DNA of 64,000 nt from positions 152,274,001 through 152,338,000 of the forward strand of contig NC_086097.1 of the NCBI RefSeq assembly GCF_963921235.1. The letters are read 5' to 3'. The DNA comes from Mobula hypostoma (Eukaryota). A program made the translations under genes and the position numbers. Shown in pieces: positions 61,235 through 64,000 of this stretch; position 1 is the first letter of the stretch, and the number at the start of each line of letters is the position of its first letter. Below the pieces are notes generated by a model. That model searched no databases, was not told the DNA's origin, and was given only the letters and a program-made list of their open reading frames with translations.

Positions 61235-64000
61235 ATACGAGGGAGGAGGGGAACCAGAGTGTAGGAACAGAGATAGGGAAGAAGGAAGAAAAAGAAAATA
61301 GTAAAGTTGTTTGCACCGTTAGTGATAAACCGAGAGTAAGAGGTGGAAAATTTCTTAAATGCATTTATTTTAATGCTAGGAGCATTATAAGGAAGGTGGA
61401 TGAGCTTAAAGCATGGATTGTTACCTGAAAGTATGATGTGTAGCTATTAGTGAAACCTGGTTACAGGAGGGGTGTGATTGGCAACTAAATATTCCTGGAT
61501 TTAATTGCTTCAGTTGTGATAGAATCAGAGGGACAAGAGGGGGAGGTGTTGCATTGCTTGTCAGAGAAAATATTACAGCGGTGTTTTAGCAGGATAGATT
61601 AGAGGGCTCGTCTAGGGAGGCTATTTGGGTGGAATTGAGGAATGGGAAAGGTGTAGTAACTCTTATGGGGGTGTATTATAGACCACCTAATGGGGAGCGA
61701 GAATTGGAGGAGCAAATTTGTAAGGCGATAGCAGATATTTGTAGTAAGCACAAGGTTGTGATTGTGGGACATTTTAATTTTCCACACATAGACTGGGAAG
61801 CCCATACTGTAAAAGGGCTGGAAGGTTTGGAGTTTGTAAAATGTGTGCAGGATAGTTTTTTTGCAGCAATACATAGAGGTACTAACTAGAGAAGGGGCAG
61901 TGTTGGATCTCCTGTTATGGAATGAGATAGGTCAGGTGACAAAGGTTTCTGTTGGGGAGCACTTCAGGTCCAGTGATCACAACGCTATTAATTTCAATAT
62001 AATTATGGAGAAGGATAGGTCTGGATCCAGGGTTGATATTTTTTGTTGGAAAAAGGCTAACTTTGAGGAGATTAAAAAGGATTTAGAAGGAGTGGATTGG
62101 GACAATTTGTTTTATGGGAAGAATGTAAAAGAGAAATGGAGGTAACTTAAAGGTGAAATTTTGAGAGTACAGAATCTTTATGTTCCTGTTAGGTTGAAAG
62201 GAAAGGTTGAAAGTTTGAGAGAGCCATGGTTTTCGAGGGATATTGGAAATCTGGTTTGGAAAAAGAGAGATATCTACAAAAATATACACAGCATGGTGTA
62301 AATGAGGTGCTCGAGGAATATAAAGAATGTAAAAAGAATCTTAAGAAAGAAATTAGAAAAGCTAAAAGAAGATACGAGGTTACTTTGGCAAGTAAGGTGA
62401 AAATAAATCCCAAGGGTTTCTACTGTCATATTTATAGCAAAAGGATCGTGAGGGATAAAATTGGTCCCTTAGAGAATCAGAGTGGACAGCTATGTGTGGA
62501 GACAAAAGGGATGGGGGGAGATTCTAGACAATTTGTTTTCTTTGGTATTCACTAAGGAGAAGGATATTGAATTGTGGAAGACAAGGGAAGCAGGTAGGGA
62601 AGTTATGGAAACTAAGATGATTAAAGAAGAGGAAGTACTGGTGCTTTTAAGGAATATAAAAGTGGATAAGTCTCCGGGTCCTGACAGGATATTCCCTAGG
62701 GCCTTGAGGGAAGTTAGTGTGGAAATAACAGGGGCTCTGACAGAAATTTTTCAAATGTCATTAGAAACGGGAATGATGCAGGAGGATTGGCGTATTGCTT
62801 ATGTTTTTTCATTGTTTAAAAAGGGGTCTAAGAGTAAACCTAGCAATTATTGGCCTGTGAGTTTGACATCAGTGGTGGGTAAATTGATGGAAAGTATTCT
62901 TAGAGATGGTATATATAATTATCTGGATAGACAGGGTCTGACTAGGAACAGTCAACATGGATTTGTGTGGGGAAGGTCATGTTCAACAAATCTTATTGAA
63001 TTTTTGAAGAGGTTACTAGGAATGTTGACAAGGGTAAAACAGTGGATGTTGTCTATATGGACTTCAGTAAGGCCTTTGACAAGATCCGACACGGAAGGTT
63101 GGTTAGGAAAGTTCAGTTGTTAGGTATTAATATTGAAGTAGTAAAATGGATTCAACAGTGGCTGGATGGGCGATGCCAGAGCGTAGTCGTGGATAACTAT
63201 TTGTCAGATTGGAGGCCGGTGACGAGTGGTGTGCCTCAGGGATCTGTACTGGGTCCAATGTTATTTGTCATATACATTAATGACCTGGATGATGGTGTGG
63301 TAAATTGGATGAGTATGTATGCAGATGATACTAAGATAAATGGAGTTGTGGATAATGAAGTAGGTTTTCAAATCTTGCAGAGAGATTTAGGCCAGTTAGA
63401 AGAGTGGGCTGAAAGATTGCAGATAGAGTTTAATGCTGATAAATATGAGGTGGTACATTTTGGTAGGACTAATCAAAATAGGACATACATGGTAAATGGT
63501 AGGGCATTGAAGAATGCAGTGGAACAGAGGGATCTAGAAATAATGGTGCATAGTTCCCTGAAGGTGGAATCTCATGTGGATAGGGTGGTTAAGAAAGCTT
63601 TTGGTATGCTGGCCCCTATAAATCAGAGCATTGAGTATAGGAGTTGGGATGTAATGTCGAAATTGTACAAGGTATTGGTGAGATCAAATTTGGAGTATTG
63701 TGTACAGTTTTGGTCACTGAATTATAGGAAATATGTCAACAATATAGAGAGAGTACAGAGAAGATTTACTAGAATGTTACTTGTGTTTCATCACCTAAGT
63801 TACAGAGAGAGGTTGAACAAGTTGGGTCTTTATTCTTTGGAACGTAGAAGGTGAAGGGTGGACTTGATTGAGGTATTTAAAATTATGAGGGGGATAGATA
63901 GAGTTGACGTGGATAGGCTTTTTCCATTGAGGGTGGGGGATATTCAAACAAGAGGACATGAGTTGAGAGTTAAAGGGCAAAAGTTTGGGGGTAAGATGAA

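Larger units (their letters stand above)
60045..64000 (+). mobile_element. CR1 LINE with 5' UTR and complete ORF1, running off the window end
   Basis: 5' UTR, ORF1 60299-61234, and ORF2 fragments YFNARS, SDHN, DKSPGPD, YMDFSKAFD, YADD. Confidence 0.95.

Overview
This is AT-rich, repeat-dense vertebrate DNA, most likely from a cartilaginous fish (inferred from the mix of SGNH-esterase CR1 LINEs, V-SINEs, Deu-SINE remnants, Neptune-type Penelope elements and Rex1-like LINEs). I could not identify any host protein-coding exon, so the window looks intergenic or like part of a large intron. It holds four CR1 copies from different subfamilies that retain the ORF1/ORF2 junction and a full-length I/Nimb-group LINE with RNase H and an intact ORF1. 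It also holds a Penelope element with inverted pseudo-LTRs, an R4/Dong remnant, a Tigger derivative, a hAT MITE, LTR remnants, several SINEs and two multi-level nests. Two results stand out. (1) All four CR1 ORF1s end with the -1 slippery heptamer U_UUA_AAC in the correct phase directly before the stop. In three of them ORF2 is open in the -1 frame from that site into the endonuclease with no usable AUG, suggesting programmed -1 ribosomal frameshifting in a vertebrate LINE. (2) Minimal hammerhead ribozymes lie in the Penelope repeats, and short palindromic Penelope derivatives (one with a clear TSD) fold back at the ribozyme. Boundaries of old, degraded repeats are approximate.
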